64,000 nucleotides of DNA from Bacteroidota bacterium (GCA_947469885.1 CANIQT010000004.1:111794-175793); one strand, 5' to 3'. Counted from the first letter of the stretch, positions 1 through 10,749 are shown. The notes: a model not told the origin generated them from the letters alone. Made by a program: numbers and translations.

Positions 1-386
1 CCGGAGTTATCACCAACACCTAAGGTAAAACCTTTTGGTTTAGGCAAATCTCCTACAGGAGTTCCAGTTTTCCAGATGTCAAATCCGCTTTTCAATGCAG
101 TTTCCTCATCATTACCGCAATTCTGCTGAACATACAACGCCAGCGCAGTAATCCAATCGATGAGTGATTTTCTTGCAGAATTTTTGGCAGCGGTTTTAGC
201 CTTGCTGCCTCTGTCTGCAAGTTTATCCGAAAATGTATTGATTTTCGTTTGACCTGAAGCAAGTGAGGGTGACGGAGTCGGATAATCTACCGAATCTGCC
301 TCTGTATCATCATGAATTTTCTGAGCTGCCACAACAAGGTCGCTATCCTTTGTTTTGGAAAAACCATACTTAATCTTGACTTTCAT
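1..386 (-). CDS. Partial hypothetical protein (runs off the left edge), paralog of 22793..23410; helical N-domain, probably followed by an FN3-like domain
   Basis: Not in the ORF track. Manual translation MKVKIKYGFSKQKDSDLVVAAQKIH...YPTPSPSL...DRGSKAKTAAK...YVQQNCGNDE...SGFDI...PVGDLPKP aligns without gaps to 22793..23410, about 72/128 identical by hand count. Confidence 0.9.
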   Translation of the reverse strand, partial: MKVKIKYGFSKTKDSDLVVAAQKIHDDTEADSVDYPTPSPSLASGQTKINTFSDKLADRGSKAKTAAKNSARKSLIDWITALALYVQQNCGNDEETALKSGFDIWKTGTPVGDLPKPKGFTLGVGDNS

Positions 387-581
387 ATCTCAATTGTTTT
401 TGGACTCGTTATTTTGATTACATCTTTCATTTTGTTGTGTTCCGAGAATTCCGCTGGTGAATCAAATTTACTTGCGGAAACATCGCACTTGCGCAGTGTT
501 ATATGTTTATAAAATTTATTTTTTCCTATTTTAAACTATTTTTGTTCAATTTTTTAATCAATACCAGTGTTGCCAATGTTT

Positions 582-854
582 TTTGGAACGTCCCAAAAAC
601 ATTTTTCGTACAGACGAAAAACATTTTGCCTGTACAAAAATGATTTTTGCCCAGGCAAAAAACATTTTGGGACGTTACTTAAGTGTTTTTGCCTGGACGA
701 AAACCTTTTTGAAACGTTACAAAGGCATTTTTGCCTGTTCCAAACCTATTTAGTAACGTCCCAAAACGCCAATGGGACGTTCCAAAATTCCATTTCCATG
801 TTGAAATGGAACATTTCCGGGTACAAAAACTCCATCGCCAACAGGCAAAACAGT
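582..854. repeat. Degenerate 21-bp-period array of imperfect palindromes, about 13 units (array A)
   Basis: Units such as TTTGGAACGTCCCAAAAACAT, TTTTGCCTGTACAAAAATGAT and TTTTGCCCAGGCAAAAAACAT. Shadow ORF 567..947 shows F or I every 7 residues. Confidence 0.8.
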
Positions 855-1247
855 GTTTTTATTCCAATTTTAAGCATTGAAACAAAGCAAAACAGTTCAT
901 TTATTCAATCAAAGAACGAAAAACGCTTAATATTAAGCGTACTTTAAAAATTTGTGATTTGTTGCCCAACCATACTATTACAGGTTCAAGGACTTTTTAA
1001 AGTAGTAAGGTTCACTACATGCGGTTTGATTTAGGTATTTGTAATTTAATTAATGCTTCTGATAGGTTATACGTTGACTTTGAAAATAAGGTTTCACTTT
1101 TTTGCAATTATTTTTTTGCTGGTCATATAAGGTTATAAGCAGGGTTTCGGAAAGGGTTACGTTTTTTTGCAAATATTTTTTAAAATAAAATCCTTCCTGA
1201 TTTTATTATGCCTTAGTGGTAAATTCCAAAAGTATTAAATCTTACTT

Positions 1248-2792
1248 TTATTTCAACCCCTGCAATGCCTTTTTAAAACTAACTTTCTCTTCTATTATTT
1301 CAGATAGTTTATCAATAGAAACTCTTTCTTGTAACATTGTATCGCGATAACGGATAGTTACTTTATTATCAGTCAAAGAATCATGGTCAATGGTAATGCA
1401 GAACGGAGTACCAATGGCATCCTGTCTCCGGTAACGTTTACCAATCGTGTCTTTTTCATCGTACGTACAAGAGTTGTCAAACTTTAACATATCCATTATT
1501 TCACGGGCTTTTTCGGGTAAACCGTCTTTTTTTACTAAAGGAAGTATAGCAACTTTAATAGGAGCTAAAAATGCAGGAAGGTTAAGAGCCACACGGGTGG
1601 TGCCGTCTTCCAGTTTTTCTTCAATGAATGCTTTTGATAAAACAGCAAGGAACAAACGGTCAAGCCCTACTGATGTTTCCACCACATAAGGCACATAATT
1701 CTGGTTGAGTTCCGGGTCAAAATATTGTAATTTTTTTCCTGAATGTTGCTCGTGTGCTTTCAAATCGAAATCCGTCCTACTGTGAATTCCTTCTAGTTCC
1801 TTAAATCCGAAAGGGAAGTTAAATTCAATATCGCAAGCGGCATTGGCATAATGTGCTAATTTTAAATGGTCATGAAAACGGTAATTATCTTTTCCTAAAC
1901 CTAACGAAAGGTGCCAGTTCATCCGGGTTTGTTTCCATTGGTTATACCATTCCATCTCTGTTCCCGGGCGGACAAAATATTGCATTTCCATTTGTTCAAA
2001 CTCGCGCATTCTGAAAATAAATTGACGGGCTACAATCTCGTTACGAAACGCTTTCCCGGTTTGTGCAATACCAAAAGGAATTTTCATTCTTCCTGATTTC
2101 TGAACATTCAGAAAGTTTACAAATATTCCCTGTGCTGTTTCAGGGCGGAGATAAATAATGTTTGAATCCTCAGTAACAGCACCCATTGAAGTGCTGAACA
2201 TTAAATTAAACTGTCTTACTTCAGTCCAGTTTTTTGTACCTGAAATAGGGCAAACAATTTCGCAATCAATAATTATCTGTCTTACTTCTTCAAGGTTATT
2301 TTTTTCTAGAGCATCCTTAAAGCGTGAAAGTATTCCATCCGCTTTTGCCTGATTTTCTAATACTCTTGGGTTAGTGGTACAAAATGTTTCTTCATTAAAT
2401 GATTCACCAAAACGTTCTTTTGCTTTGTCCACTTCTTTCTGAATCTTTGCTTCAATCTTCGCCACATGCTCCTCTATTAGCACATCTGCCCGATAACGTT
2501 TCTTGCTGTCTTTGTTATCAATCAAGGGGTCGTTAAAGGCATCTATATGTCCAGAAGCCTTCCAAGTAGTAGGGTGCATAAAGATGGCTGCATCAATACC
2601 CACAATGTTTTCGTGCATCTGTACCATAGCTTTCCACCAGTAGTCGCGCAGGTTTTTTTTTAATTCCACACCCATTTGTCCGTAATCATACACAGCACTC
2701 AAGCCATCATAAATTTCACTGCTTTGAAAAATAAATCCGTATTCTTTTGAATGCGAAATAATGTTTTTAAAAATATCTTCTTGGTTTGCCAT
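1248..2792 (-). CDS. glyQS: Glycine--tRNA ligase (alpha2, eukaryote/archaea-type)
   Basis: Motifs YDYG, LRPETAQG, GKAFRNEI, REFEQME and IGKRYRRQDAIGTPF. Confidence 0.97.
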   Translation of the reverse strand: MANQEDIFKNIISHSKEYGFIFQSSEIYDGLSAVYDYGQMGVELKKNLRDYWWKAMVQMHENIVGIDAAIFMHPTTWKASGHIDAFNDPLIDNKDSKKRYRADVLIEEHVAKIEAKIQKEVDKAKERFGESFNEETFCTTNPRVLENQAKADGILSRFKDALEKNNLEEVRQIIIDCEIVCPISGTKNWTEVRQFNLMFSTSMGAVTEDSNIIYLRPETAQGIFVNFLNVQKSGRMKIPFGIAQTGKAFRNEIVARQFIFRMREFEQMEMQYFVRPGTEMEWYNQWKQTRMNWHLSLGLGKDNYRFHDHLKLAHYANAACDIEFNFPFGFKELEGIHSRTDFDLKAHEQHSGKKLQYFDPELNQNYVPYVVETSVGLDRLFLAVLSKAFIEEKLEDGTTRVALNLPAFLAPIKVAILPLVKKDGLPEKAREIMDMLKFDNSCTYDEKDTIGKRYRRQDAIGTPFCITIDHDSLTDNKVTIRYRDTMLQERVSIDKLSEIIEEKVSFKKALQGLK

Positions 2793-2904
2793 AAATTATT
2801 TACTTTTTTTGTTGAGGTGCAAAAGTATATCTTATTGTTTATTTATATGCATTTTCAATATAAAATATTATTTTTGTTTCCAATAATTTTAAATAAAATC
2901 GTTT

Positions 2905-3513
2905 ATGAAAAAAAGCAAATTAGTATTTCTATTCGTTCTATCACTGGGTATTTCAACAATTTCATTGGCTCAACAAGGCCCTCCGGGCAAACAGGGTCCA
3001 ACGGGTCCACAAGGTGCGCAGGGTCCTGCTGGTCCTCAAGGTCCTTCTGGACCACAAGGGCAGTCGGGTTTGCCAGGTCCTCAAGGTCCGGCCGGCATTC
3101 AAGGTGCGCAAGGTCTTCAAGGTCCTCAGGGAGTTCAAGGTCCGAAAGGGCAGTTAGGAGCCACAGGCGCTATGTCCACTTTTGCGGTTTCGTTTAATGT
3201 TGAAAATAAAGAATCTTCTGCGTGGTTGATTGGTGATAAAGCGGATTATAATTCTGGTTCCAATTCAAATCCTACTCTTGTTTTGTACAGAGGTTTTACC
3301 TATCAATTTAACATCAACGTTGCCGGTTTTCCTTTCAGAATTCAGTCTGTAAATATTGCAAATGGTGCACTTTATACAATAGGAATGACGCCAAGTATTC
3401 AAAATGTAGAAAAAGGAATTCTTACATTTAAAGTTCCGATGGATGCTCCAAATCAATTGTATTATATGTGTGATACTCATCCTGGAATGACTGGAGTAAT
3501 AAATATAAAATAG
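2905..3513 (+). CDS. Secreted collagen-like (Gly-Pro-Gln) protein with C-terminal cupredoxin-like domain
   Basis: Signal peptide, about 21 GXY triplets, C-terminus NPTLVLYRG...[13 protein letters not shown]. Confidence 0.8.
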   Translation: MKKSKLVFLFVLSLGISTISLAQQGPPGKQGPTGPQGAQGPAGPQGPSGPQGQSGLPGPQGPAGIQGAQGLQGPQGVQGPKGQLGATGAMSTFAVSFNVENKESSAWLIGDKADYNSGSNSNPTLVLYRGFTYQFNINVAGFPFRIQSVNIANGALYTIGMTPSIQNVEKGILTFKVPMDAPNQLYYMCDTHPGMTGVINIK

Positions 3514-3556
3514 AGCATAAAGTAGAAATTATAAATCCTAAAATCTAGATTATCAA

Positions 3557-4978
3557 ATGAAAAAACAAACTATTCTTTTAGCAGTCATTATAACTTGTCA
3601 ATTATCAATTGTCAATTCCTTTGCCCAATCACCGCAAGGATTCAATTACCAAGCAGTAGCACGAACCTCTTCGGGAGTGGCAATTACCAATCAATCTATC
3701 GGGTTGCAAATTCGACTTTTGCAAGGCAGTGCTACAGGTACTGTGGTTTATACCGAAACACATACCTCTACTTCTAATAATATTGGTTTATTAAATGTAG
3801 TGGTTGGTACAGGAATTACTATTGATAATTTCAATTTAATTGACTGGGCAAATGGTCCTTATTTTATTGAAATAAGTATGGATGTAACAGGAGGTGCTAC
3901 GTATGTATTGATGGGCGCTCAACAATTAATGAGTGTGCCTTATGCCCTGTATGCTGCCAATGGCGGCACAACAGGAGCTACAGGAGCCACAGGAGGTATA
4001 GGTCCTCAGGGAGTGATTGGTTTGACAGGAGCGACAGGTGATGTGGGTCCCACAGGAAATACAGGTGCAACAGGTTTCAGTGGCTCCGATGGCGATAGGT
4101 ATGCAACTTCTTCTACCGATATGCTGACCATTGGATTGGGGATGCAAAGTTTAACTGTTCAAACGGGATTACAATATTCAGTTGGACAAACGGTACTAAT
4201 AGCAAATTCTGTTACTGATTTAATGAAAGGAAACTGTGTTTCTTATAATCCTTTGACAGGAGCATTGGTTGTGAATGTTACCATCGTTTCTGGTTCAGGG
4301 ACATTTGGTAGTTGGAATGTTAATTTGGATGGAGCACCAGGTCCTGTGGGAGCTGCAGGGGCAACAGGACCTGCGGGTGCAAATGGTACTAACGGCAGTA
4401 ACGGGGCAACAGGGGCCACAGGAGATAACGGAACTAATGGAACAAATGGTGTTAATGGCGCAACAGGTGCAACAGGAACTAATGGAACAAACGGAACCAA
4501 TGGTGTGAACGGAGCAACAGGAGCTACCGGTGCGAATGGAACAAATGGTGTTAATGGTGCTACAGGTGCTACAGGAGCAACAGGAACTAATGGAATAAAC
4601 GGTACAAATGGAACCAATGGCGCAACCGGTGCGACAGGTGCTGCCGGGGTTTATGCCGCCCAGTTTAATTTTGTGAACAATGGTTTTACCTCGTGGTTAG
4701 TGGGCAATGTTTCTGATTATGTATCCGGAAATAATTCGAATCCTACTCTTAATTTATATAAAGGACACACCTATTATTTTAACGTAACTGTAAGCGGACA
4801 TCCTTTAAGAATTTCTTCAACCAATGTATTCCCTGGAACACCATTTAATACAGGTGTCACCAACCAGGATGCTCAAAACAGTGTATTGGTTTTTAAAGTG
4901 CCTCAGGATGCACCCGCTACTTTATATTATAATTGTATTTATCATTCAGGCATGTTAGGGGTTATTAGTATTCACTAG
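3557..4978 (+). CDS. Secreted collagen-like protein with phage-tail-like segment and C-terminal cupredoxin-like domain
   Basis: Signal peptide, N-domain QSPQGFNYQAVAR...LMSVPYALYA, GAT/GTN triplet repeats, C-terminus GHPLRI...YYNCIYHSGMLG. Confidence 0.8.
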   Translation: MKKQTILLAVIITCQLSIVNSFAQSPQGFNYQAVARTSSGVAITNQSIGLQIRLLQGSATGTVVYTETHTSTSNNIGLLNVVVGTGITIDNFNLIDWANGPYFIEISMDVTGGATYVLMGAQQLMSVPYALYAANGGTTGATGATGGIGPQGVIGLTGATGDVGPTGNTGATGFSGSDGDRYATSSTDMLTIGLGMQSLTVQTGLQYSVGQTVLIANSVTDLMKGNCVSYNPLTGALVVNVTIVSGSGTFGSWNVNLDGAPGPVGAAGATGPAGANGTNGSNGATGATGDNGTNGTNGVNGATGATGTNGTNGTNGVNGATGATGANGTNGVNGATGATGATGTNGINGTNGTNGATGATGAAGVYAAQFNFVNNGFTSWLVGNVSDYVSGNNSNPTLNLYKGHTYYFNVTVSGHPLRISSTNVFPGTPFNTGVTNQDAQNSVLVFKVPQDAPATLYYNCIYHSGMLGVISIH

Positions 4979-4995
4979 GTTACAATTTATTTAAT

Positions 4996-5035
4996 AAAAG
5001 CCCTGTTTCGAATTTTTTCGAAGCAGGGCTTTTTT
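4996..5035 (+). terminator. Intrinsic terminator
   Basis: AAAAGCCCTGTTTCGAA-tttt-TTCGAAGCAGGGCTTTTTT downstream of the collagen genes. Confidence 0.85.
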
Positions 5036-5098
5036 ATAACAATGAATTTTCAAAAGAGTAAACAATTAATAAAAACAATACATTTGCAAAAACAAAAT

Positions 5099-5662
5099 AT
5101 GATAGCAATAGACAATACCATAGTTTCAGAACATTTATTAGAAAAAAAATTTGTGTGCGATTTGAACGCATGTAAGGGAGAATGCTGTGTAGCTGGAGAT
5201 TCCGGAGCCCCATTGGATTTTGAAGAAATTGCAATTATGGAACATGTGCTAGATGAGGTGAAACCTTACTTACCAAAAGATGGGCTCAAATCTATTGAAA
5301 AATATGGTGTTTTCGTGATTGATGATGATGGTGATTACACCACTCCTTTAGTAAAAGGTAAACATTGTGCATTTACTTTATTTGAAGAGGGTATTGCTAA
5401 ATGTGCCATTGAGAAAGCGTTTTACGATGGTAAAATAAAGTGGAAAAAACCTGTCTCCTGTCATTTATATCCTGTACGTATTACTAAATATAAGGATTAC
5501 GAAGCGGTGAATTATCATAAATGGGAGATATGTAAACCGGCATGTGAGTGTGGTGCGAAATTGGATGTGCCTGTATATAAATTTTTGCGCGAACCATTAA
5601 TCCGAAAATTTGGCGAGGGCTGGTACAAGAAATTGGAACTTGCCGACAAAATGAAAAAGTAG
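5099..5662 (+). CDS. DUF3109 family Cys-rich protein
   Basis: FVCDLNACKGECCVAGDSGAP and KPVSCHLYP. Start moved to ATG 5099 because a TACATTTG -7 box lies at 5079-5086. Confidence 0.85.
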   Translation: MIAIDNTIVSEHLLEKKFVCDLNACKGECCVAGDSGAPLDFEEIAIMEHVLDEVKPYLPKDGLKSIEKYGVFVIDDDGDYTTPLVKGKHCAFTLFEEGIAKCAIEKAFYDGKIKWKKPVSCHLYPVRITKYKDYEAVNYHKWEICKPACECGAKLDVPVYKFLREPLIRKFGEGWYKKLELADKMKK

Positions 5663-6069
5663 TGCTTCTATAACTATTGATTTTACAGCCTTTACAGAAC
5701 AAAATCCCCTGAAACGTCAGTATCTCTAAAAACGTTTTTTTTGATTGTTGCAACTTTTTTTACATTTATTTTTCAGATTTTTTTCGATAGTAGTCTAACA
5801 TAATGCAGGTAAGTACATTGGTGATTTATCAACATTCAACTGTTAATTTCCTGTGTTAGTAACTTCGGCCAAATGTTAATTCTATAGCCCCAATAAGCAC
5901 AATTTTTTTCTGAACATTTGTACTCCTAAAATTCAATAACACTATTTTATTAAAATGTGACAAGAAAGCAGTTGGGCTTTCAGGGGATTTTTACTCTTAT
6001 ATTTTAAAAACAAGCGAGGAAACGGATAGGATTTATAGGGGATTTGCAAATTATAATACAATAAATAAA

Positions 6070-7038
6070 ATGGCTGAAGAATCGATACTAAAAGAAAACA
6101 AAGACAGGTTTGTACTGTTTCCAATTAAGCACAGAGAGATTTGGGAGATGTATAAAAAAGCAGAAGCAAGTTTTTGGACTGCCGAAGAAATAGATTTGAA
6201 TCCTGATTTGCAGGATTGGGAAAATAAATTGAATGATGATGAAAAACATTTCATCAAACATGTCCTTGCATTTTTTGCCGCAAGTGATGGAATTGTAAAT
6301 GAAAATCTTGCGGTTAATTTTATGAGTGAAGTGCAATATCCAGAAGCGCGTTGTTTTTATGGCTTTCAGATAATGATGGAAAACATCCATTCCGAAACCT
6401 ACTCCTTATTAATAGACTCTTATATTAAAGACCCAAACGAAAAAGATAAACTTTTTCATTCGATTGATACATTACCATGTGTTGGAAAAAAAGCGGCATG
6501 GGCTATTAAATGGATAAATAATGGAAGTTTTGCTGAACGACTAATTGCTTTTGCTGCCGTTGAAGGCATTTTCTTTTCAGGAAGCTTCTGTTCCATTTTC
6601 TGGTTGAAAAAGCGTGGGTTGATGCCAGGATTAACTTTCTCCAACGAATTAATTTCGCGTGACGAAGGTTTGCACTGTGACTTTGCCTGTCTATTATATT
6701 CTCAATTAGATAATCTATTACCCAAAGAACAAGTAACAGCAATCATTACCAATGCTGTCGAGATAGAAAAAGAATTCGTTTCTGATGCTTTACCTGTTCG
6801 ATTAATTGGAATGAATGCAACCATGATGTGTCAATACATCGAGTTCGTAGCCGACAGATTATTAGTTGCCCTTGGTTGCGAAAAAGCTTACAACGCTACC
6901 AATCCATTCGATTTCATGGAATTGATTTCATTGCAAGGCAAAACTAATTTTTTTGAAAAAAGAGTTGCTGAATACCAAAAGTCAGGGGTGATGGGTAAGA
7001 AAGAAGACAATATTTTTTCATTGGATGAAGATTTTTAA
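6070..7038 (+). CDS. nrdB: Class Ia ribonucleotide reductase beta subunit
   Basis: [46 protein letters not shown]. Confidence 0.97.
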   Translation: MAEESILKENKDRFVLFPIKHREIWEMYKKAEASFWTAEEIDLNPDLQDWENKLNDDEKHFIKHVLAFFAASDGIVNENLAVNFMSEVQYPEARCFYGFQIMMENIHSETYSLLIDSYIKDPNEKDKLFHSIDTLPCVGKKAAWAIKWINNGSFAERLIAFAAVEGIFFSGSFCSIFWLKKRGLMPGLTFSNELISRDEGLHCDFACLLYSQLDNLLPKEQVTAIITNAVEIEKEFVSDALPVRLIGMNATMMCQYIEFVADRLLVALGCEKAYNATNPFDFMELISLQGKTNFFEKRVAEYQKSGVMGKKEDNIFSLDEDF

Positions 7039-7126
7039 GGTTGTTGCCAATAAACGAATCAAAACGAATTTACAAAAAGAAAAAAATAACAAACAAAACA
7101 TTTATAATATATAACACTCAAAAAAT

Positions 7127-9595
7127 ATGTACGTAATTAAAAGAGACGGAAACCGAGAGTCGGTGAAATTTGACAAAGTAACTGCCCGAATTCAAAAACT
7201 TTGCTACAACTTGGACCCTTCGCATGTAAGTGCCATCAATGTTGCTATGAAGGTAATTGAAGGTATTTACGAAGGAGTAACCACCAGCGAATTGGATAAC
7301 CTTGCTGCAGAAACTGCTGCATCGTTAACCACCAAACACCCAGACTATGCGCTATTGGCGAGCCGCATAGCAGTATCTAACCTTCATAAAAACACAAACA
7401 AATCGTTTTCGAAAACGATGGAATTGTTGTATAATTATGTTGACTCAAAAACGGGTAAGAAAGCCCCATTGATTGCTGATGATGTTCACAAAATCATTCA
7501 AGATAATGCACAAGAGTTAGATTCTACGATTATCTATGACAGAGATTTTGGATATGATTTTTTCGGATTCAAAACACTAGAAAAAAGTTATTTATTAAAA
7601 TTAAATGGTAAAGTTGCTGAGCGCCCTCAACACATGATTATGCGTGTGGCTGTGGGTATTCACAAAGATGATATTGCATCGGTAATCGAAACATATAATT
7701 TAATGAGTGAGCGTTGGTTCACTCACGCTACTCCTACTTTGTTTAATGCAGGAACCCCAAAACCACAAATGTCGTCTTGCTTTTTATTGACAACAAAAGA
7801 TGACAGCATTGATGGTATTTATGATACTTTGAAAAACTGTGCAAAGATTTCTCAAAGCGCAGGTGGTATTGGGTTGAGTATTCATAATATTCGTGCTACC
7901 GGTTCTTACATCCGTGGAACAAATGGAACTTCAAATGGTATCATTCCTATGTTGCGTGTGTTCAACGATACTGCCCGTTATGTGGACCAAGGTGGTGGAA
8001 AACGCAAAGGCTCGTTTGCTATTTATTTGGAGCCATGGCACGCTGATATATTTGAATTTTTAGATTTGCGCAAGAACACTGGCAAGGAAGAAGCCCGTGC
8101 CCGCGATTTGTTCACTGCCATGTGGACTCCCGATTTGTTTATGAAACGGGTGGAAGAAAATGGCAAGTGGAGTTTGTTCTGCCCGAATGAATCGCCTGGG
8201 TTGGCGGACTGTTGGGGAGAGGAATTTGAAAAACTTTATACTAGATATGAATCGGAAGGCAAAGCCCGCAAAACCATACAGGCACGTGAGTTGTGGACAG
8301 CCATCATTGATTCACAAATTGAAACAGGCAATCCGTATATGTTATACAAAGATGCTTGCAATAGTAAAAGCAATCAGCAAAACCTTGGTACAATTAAATC
8401 TTCCAACCTATGTACTGAGATAATTGAATATACATCTCCAGACGAAATTGCTGTATGTAACCTTGCTTCTATTGCATTGCCTCGTTTTGTGGAAGATGGA
8501 AAATTTGACCACAAAAGATTGTTTGATGTAACTTATGTAATTACTAAAAACTTAAATAAAATAATTGACCGCAATTATTATCCTGTTGCGGAAGCTCGTA
8601 ATTCCAACATGCGTCACCGCCCAATCGGAATAGGAGTGCAGGGTTTGGCTGATGCATTTATTCTTTGCCGTTTCCCTTTCGATTCTCCTGAAGCAGTGAA
8701 ATTGAATAAAGAAATTCACGAAACCATTTATTATGCTGCAATGACAGCTTCTAAAGATTTGGCAAAAGTGGATGGTGCTTACGAGTCATTCCCGGGTTCG
8801 CCTGTATCTAAAGGTATTTTCCAGTTTGATATGTGGAAAGATGACAAAGGAAACAAAATTGTTCCTTCGTCTCGCTGGGAATGGGATGTATTAAAAGAAG
8901 AGGTGATAAAACATGGAGTTCGCAATTCCTTACTATTAGCTCCAATGCCGACTGCAAGTACTTCGCAGATACTTGGTAACAACGAATGTTTCGAACCTTA
9001 TACTTCCAACATTTATTCACGCAGAGTATTGTCAGGCGAGTTTGTAATAGTAAACAAACATCTGATGAAAGACCTGGTAAAACTAGGCATCTGGAATGAC
9101 GGATTAAAAAATAAAATCATTATTGCAAATGGTTCGGTGCAGGGAATAAACGAAATACCTGATAACGTAAAAGCATTGTATAAAACAGTTTGGGAAATTT
9201 CTCAGAAAGTAATTATCAATATGGCTGCCGACCGTGGTGCTTACATCTGCCAATCGCAATCATTAAATTTATTTGTACAGGATGCCAACTTTGCAAAACT
9301 TTCGAGTATGCACTTTTATGGCTGGAAAGCAGGATTAAAAACCGGTATGTATTATTTAAGAACTAAAGCTGCTGCTGATGCCATTAAATTTACCGCTGAC
9401 CATGCTGCTGCAAAACAGCCTGCTGAAGTTCTTGGAAACGAAGATGCATTGGTAATAGAGCGCGAGCAACAAATAGGTACAGAGCGCCAACAACAAATAA
9501 GTGCAGAGCGCCAGGCAATACTGGAAGCAGAGAAAGCCGCACAAATAACTTGTTCTATTGATAACAAGGATGATTGTGAGGCGTGCGGAAGTTAA
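7127..9595 (+). CDS. nrdA: Class Ia ribonucleotide reductase alpha subunit with ATP cone
   Basis: VIKRDG ATP cone, [30 protein letters not shown]-terminal CEACGS. Confidence 0.97.
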   Translation: MYVIKRDGNRESVKFDKVTARIQKLCYNLDPSHVSAINVAMKVIEGIYEGVTTSELDNLAAETAASLTTKHPDYALLASRIAVSNLHKNTNKSFSKTMELLYNYVDSKTGKKAPLIADDVHKIIQDNAQELDSTIIYDRDFGYDFFGFKTLEKSYLLKLNGKVAERPQHMIMRVAVGIHKDDIASVIETYNLMSERWFTHATPTLFNAGTPKPQMSSCFLLTTKDDSIDGIYDTLKNCAKISQSAGGIGLSIHNIRATGSYIRGTNGTSNGIIPMLRVFNDTARYVDQGGGKRKGSFAIYLEPWHADIFEFLDLRKNTGKEEARARDLFTAMWTPDLFMKRVEENGKWSLFCPNESPGLADCWGEEFEKLYTRYESEGKARKTIQARELWTAIIDSQIETGNPYMLYKDACNSKSNQQNLGTIKSSNLCTEIIEYTSPDEIAVCNLASIALPRFVEDGKFDHKRLFDVTYVITKNLNKIIDRNYYPVAEARNSNMRHRPIGIGVQGLADAFILCRFPFDSPEAVKLNKEIHETIYYAAMTASKDLAKVDGAYESFPGSPVSKGIFQFDMWKDDKGNKIVPSSRWEWDVLKEEVIKHGVRNSLLLAPMPTASTSQILGNNECFEPYTSNIYSRRVLSGEFVIVNKHLMKDLVKLGIWNDGLKNKIIIANGSVQGINEIPDNVKALYKTVWEISQKVIINMAADRGAYICQSQSLNLFVQDANFAKLSSMHFYGWKAGLKTGMYYLRTKAAADAIKFTADHAAAKQPAEVLGNEDALVIEREQQIGTERQQQISAERQAILEAEKAAQITCSIDNKDDCEACGS

Positions 9596-9622
9596 TAGGA
9601 ATTATAAATTAGGAATTACAAG

Positions 9623-9651
9623 AGCCCTGCAATTTTGTGCGGGGCTTTTTT
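9623..9651 (+). terminator. Intrinsic terminator after nrdA
   Basis: AGCCCTGCA...TGCGGGGCT followed by a T tract. Confidence 0.8.
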
Positions 9652-9764
9652 ATGTTTTAAAATAAAGAAATATTAAATAATTTCTCCTTTTATTCTCATT
9701 ACCTCCAAGCAAAAAATAAAAGAGATACATATCTAATATATTGCACAAGTTTGTTGTTCAATCC

Positions 9765-10010
9765 GAAATTACCATAGAGGTAGCCAAAAACACATCATTT
9801 TTTAAATAAAACACCTAAAACGTTAAAAAAAAACTACTTATATGGTAATTGTTGGTTGCCCAAATGCTACCTTATCACATTCTAAGGTACTACTTTCTTT
9901 AACCAAATACTACCTTAGTGGTTACTAAGGTAATACCCGGTAGGGCAAATATCGTCTGGGCGACTACCGAGGTAGCATTTGGGCAACAAAATGCCACCTC
10001 GGTAGTCGTT
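9765..10010. repeat. Degenerate palindromic array, about 42-bp period (array E)
   Basis: CAAATRCTACCTT-type half-units at 9861, 9904, 9946 and 9988 alternate with inverted AAGGTAGCATTTG-type halves. GTTGCCCAAATGCTACCT has its exact reverse complement at about 9970-9987. Confidence 0.7.
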
Positions 10011-10141
10011 AAAAAGGCATTTTTGAGGAAAGAAATTATATAACCTAATAAATATCAATAAATTAGTAAGTGTATGGCTATTTGGTCTGAAAATGTAATC
10101 CGGAGGAGTATAAAGATAAACTAATCAATAAAACGCTAAAA

Positions 10142-10194
10142 GATGAATTTGGGTGGTTTGAGGACGAATTTGGGTAGTTTGAGGATGAATTTGG
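10142..10194. repeat. 2.5 copies of a 21-bp direct repeat
   Basis: GATGAATTTGGGTGGTTTGAG / GACGAATTTGGGTAGTTTGAG / GATGAATTTGG. Confidence 0.85.
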
Positions 10195-10326
10195 AAATAA
10201 GTATATCCTAAAATGATACCGCAAACCAAATCCTATAAGCCAAATTATCCTTTCAATGTATGAAACAGGAAACAGGAAACTAACTTTTGCTTATCTTCGC
10301 AACTAATTAAAAAATCAACTCTTTAT

Positions 10327-10734
10327 ATGAATCGCCCAATACGTGTGTTAATTGCTAAAGTAGGTCTGGATGGTCACGACAGAGGAGCAAAAATAATAGC
10401 TACTTTTCTGAGAGATGCCGGAATGGAAGTAATTTATACCGGACTAAGACAAACACCTGAAATGGTTGTGAATGCTGCTTTGCAGGAAGATGTTGATGCA
10501 ATTGGCATAAGCATTTTGTCTGGTGCTCACAATACTGTTTTTCCTAAAATTATTAAATTAATGAAAGAAAAAGGATTGGATGATGTTTTGTTGACGGGTG
10601 GTGGAATTATTCCTGAACAGGACATGAAAAAGCTACAGGAATTAGGCGTTGGAAAACTATTCCCTCCGGGAACAAATACGGATGAAATAGTTACTTACAT
10701 AAAAGAGTATGCAGAAAAGAATCGTAACTATTAA
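10327..10734 (+). CDS. Methylmalonyl-CoA mutase-type cobalamin-binding small subunit
   Basis: [13 protein letters not shown] (DxHxxG), SILSGAH, GGGII. Confidence 0.93.
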   Translation: MNRPIRVLIAKVGLDGHDRGAKIIATFLRDAGMEVIYTGLRQTPEMVVNAALQEDVDAIGISILSGAHNTVFPKIIKLMKEKGLDDVLLTGGGIIPEQDMKKLQELGVGKLFPPGTNTDEIVTYIKEYAEKNRNY

Positions 10735-10749
10735 AACAAAAAAGAAATA

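Noticed and set aside
567-947. Heptad-repeat proteins from arrays (also 23262..23765 and 48720..49114)
   Set aside because: Palindromic units, repeats continuing past stop codons and a 1-bp indel argue for non-coding constraint. Coding is not fully excluded for 567..947.
4243-4617. Antisense Pro/Val/Ala ORF
   Set aside because: Shadow of the collagen GXY repeats.
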